Shown in pieces: positions 62,752-64,000 of a DNA stretch of 64,000 nt. How positions within the stretch are numbered: the first letter of the stretch is position 1; every line of letters begins with the position of its first letter. The position numbers were made by a program, and so were the translations under genes. The notes beneath the pieces were generated by a model that was not told the DNA's origin, searched no databases, and saw nothing but the letters and a program-made list of their open reading frames with translations. Origin of the DNA: Candidatus Omnitrophota bacterium (GTDB lineage Bacteria; Omnitrophota; Gorgyraeia; Gorgyraeales; Gorgyraeaceae); NCBI GenBank assembly GCA_043821705.1, contig JBDRCN010000001.1, positions 74,133 to 138,132 of the forward strand, given 5' to 3'.

Positions 62752-62833
62752 TTATAATATTGTGATTTTCACGATAGATTTATCCAAACCTGGCACAATC
62801 CCCACTAAAAAACTAAAATAGGAAGGAGTATAG

Positions 62834-63646
62834 ATGGATAGACTGTTTTTAACTCCTATAGAGATATCAAGGACAATAAGCGAGATAGGCAAGAGAAAAG
62901 CTACTGAGACAGTCTTTGAACTTTTTATATTCGGGATCTTAGCAGGTATGTATATTGCCTTCGGGGCTAGTGCAGCTACAGCTATCTTAAGTGGAAGCCA
63001 TTTAGACCCAGGGCTTTCAAGGTTTATTGCTGCGAGCGTATTTACCGTAGGGCTTATGTTAGTGCTTATCCCAGGTTCAGAGCTTTTTACAGGTAATATA
63101 CTGATGACAATAGGATTTATCTATAAAGAGTATTCTCTTATGAAAGTGCTGCGCAATTGGTTCGTAGTATATATAGGGAACCTTATAGGTGCGATCTTAA
63201 TAGCATGGCTTGTATTGAAGTCTGGACTCTTGACCCATTCCGGGGATATTACTCCAGTAGGCGAGACAGCAGTTAATATAGCTCAGACAAAACTAGGACT
63301 TAGTTTCGTAGAGGCATTTTCACGCGGTATCCTATGCAATATGCTGGTATGTTTAGCAGTAATAATGTCTATCGCTGCCAGGACGATCACAGGAAAGATA
63401 TTTGCTATATATTTTCCTATTATGACATTCGTAGTCTCCGGCTACGAACATAGTGTAGCGAACATGTATTTTTTGCCAGCTGGCCTTATGGTAAAAGGAG
63501 AATTTATATCTGACTTTTTAGTCATGTTCAATAATCTCGTTCCTGTCACCATAGGGAATATCATAGGAGGGCTTTTAATAGTATTTTTACATCCTAAGGT
63601 TGAAGAAAGAATTGCCCGTATCCTTATGAGGAAAAAACACTTATAA
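62834..63646 (+). CDS. formate/nitrite transporter family (FNT) channel
   Basis: FNT motifs GAELFTGN-like (GSELFTGN) and GNLIGA, with six TM helices. Confidence 0.8.
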   Translation: MDRLFLTPIEISRTISEIGKRKATETVFELFIFGILAGMYIAFGASAATAILSGSHLDPGLSRFIAASVFTVGLMLVLIPGSELFTGNILMTIGFIYKEYSLMKVLRNWFVVYIGNLIGAILIAWLVLKSGLLTHSGDITPVGETAVNIAQTKLGLSFVEAFSRGILCNMLVCLAVIMSIAARTITGKIFAIYFPIMTFVVSGYEHSVANMYFLPAGLMVKGEFISDFLVMFNNLVPVTIGNIIGGLLIVFLHPKVEERIARILMRKKHL

Positions 63647-63717
63647 TATATTAAATATTTAAGCTTCCAATAATCTATATATATGGTATAATTTAGAAAA
63701 AGAAAATGGGGCAATGT

Positions 63718-64000
63718 ATGTCTTCCGGTTTTTGTAAAAAATACATTATATTAGCAGCTATTCTTATATTAATAAGTTTTATTCCCAGTACCTCTTATTC
63801 TGAGACACAAAAATCCTTTATTCGAAAAAATAAATACGATAGGGCCATAGAACGTCTATATAACTCCATAAAGAACAATCCAAATAACGCCAGTCTTTAT
63901 TACCAGCTAGGCGTGACTTATTCACTGATGGATAATCAAGACCTTGCTATAGATGCTTACACTAAGGCAGTCCATCTTAACCCAAGTATAGCTGATGCAT
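63718..64000 (+). CDS. TPR-repeat protein with signal peptide, 3'-truncated by window edge
   Basis: Not in the ORF table because no stop is reached. ATG at 63718 follows a TATAAT box at 63686-63691. Product MSSGFCKKYIILAAILIL...; the TPR consensus appears in ...ASLYYQLGVTYSLMDNQDLAIDAYTKAVHLNP. Confidence 0.6.
   Translation, partial: MSSGFCKKYIILAAILILISFIPSTSYSETQKSFIRKNKYDRAIERLYNSIKNNPNNASLYYQLGVTYSLMDNQDLAIDAYTKAVHLNPSIADA

Overview
The window is 64 kb from an AT-rich (roughly mid-30s % GC) Gram-negative anaerobe-like genome. Lipid A genes (lpxB, msbA-like) are present together with NfnAB-like and rubrerythrin-like genes, and the standard genetic code is used. Almost everything is on the + strand and densely packed, with many overlapping stop/start codons. 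Most of the content is housekeeping: carA and carB, two purF-type genes, an nfnA/nfnB-like pair, icd and gdhA (an NADPH/2-oxoglutarate/ammonia assimilation module), mnmG, guaA, rpsB-tsf-pyrH-frr, tRNA-Lys, archease-rtcB, serS, pgi, arsC-arsP, rlmB, eda, a Cache-type two-component system with a pilin-like gene, and an FNT transporter. The lpxB operon is the only minus-strand block. No integrase, transposase, CRISPR array, toxin-antitoxin pair or rRNA was seen. Three things are not explained by routine annotation. (1) A 7.5 kb block lies between two tRNA-Ser genes that carry the same conserved ~55-nt 3' trailer. It encodes a GT4 glycosyltransferase, pgi, a Dpm1/GtrB-like GT2, a 713-aa GT2-transmembrane-radical-SAM/SPASM fusion protein, and a ~14-TM putative GT-C-like membrane protein. 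This looks like an acquired glycosylation cassette with a radical-SAM tailoring step. (2) A paralogous trio sits beside gdhA: a second carB with no carA partner and a frame break, a DUF1846/UPF0371-like protein, and a PurF-like protein whose PRTase and Fe-S residues are intact but whose glutaminase residues (Cys1, Arg, Asn) are all replaced. (3) Several families of GC-richer palindromic intergenic repeats are present. Family A (3 copies, ~185 bp) and family B (2 copies, ~100 bp) show compensatory base changes in their stems. There is also a perfect 18-bp-TIR element, a long imperfect inverted repeat splitting carA from carB, and shared short modules in the large spacers (3.5-4.0 kb, 22.95-23.23 kb, 29.36-29.83 kb, 47.74-48.26 kb). 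These point to structured ncRNA or MITE-like elements. A PAS-PAS protein and a small half-Rossmann protein upstream of the sensor kinase share a near-identical C-terminal coiled-coil tail.
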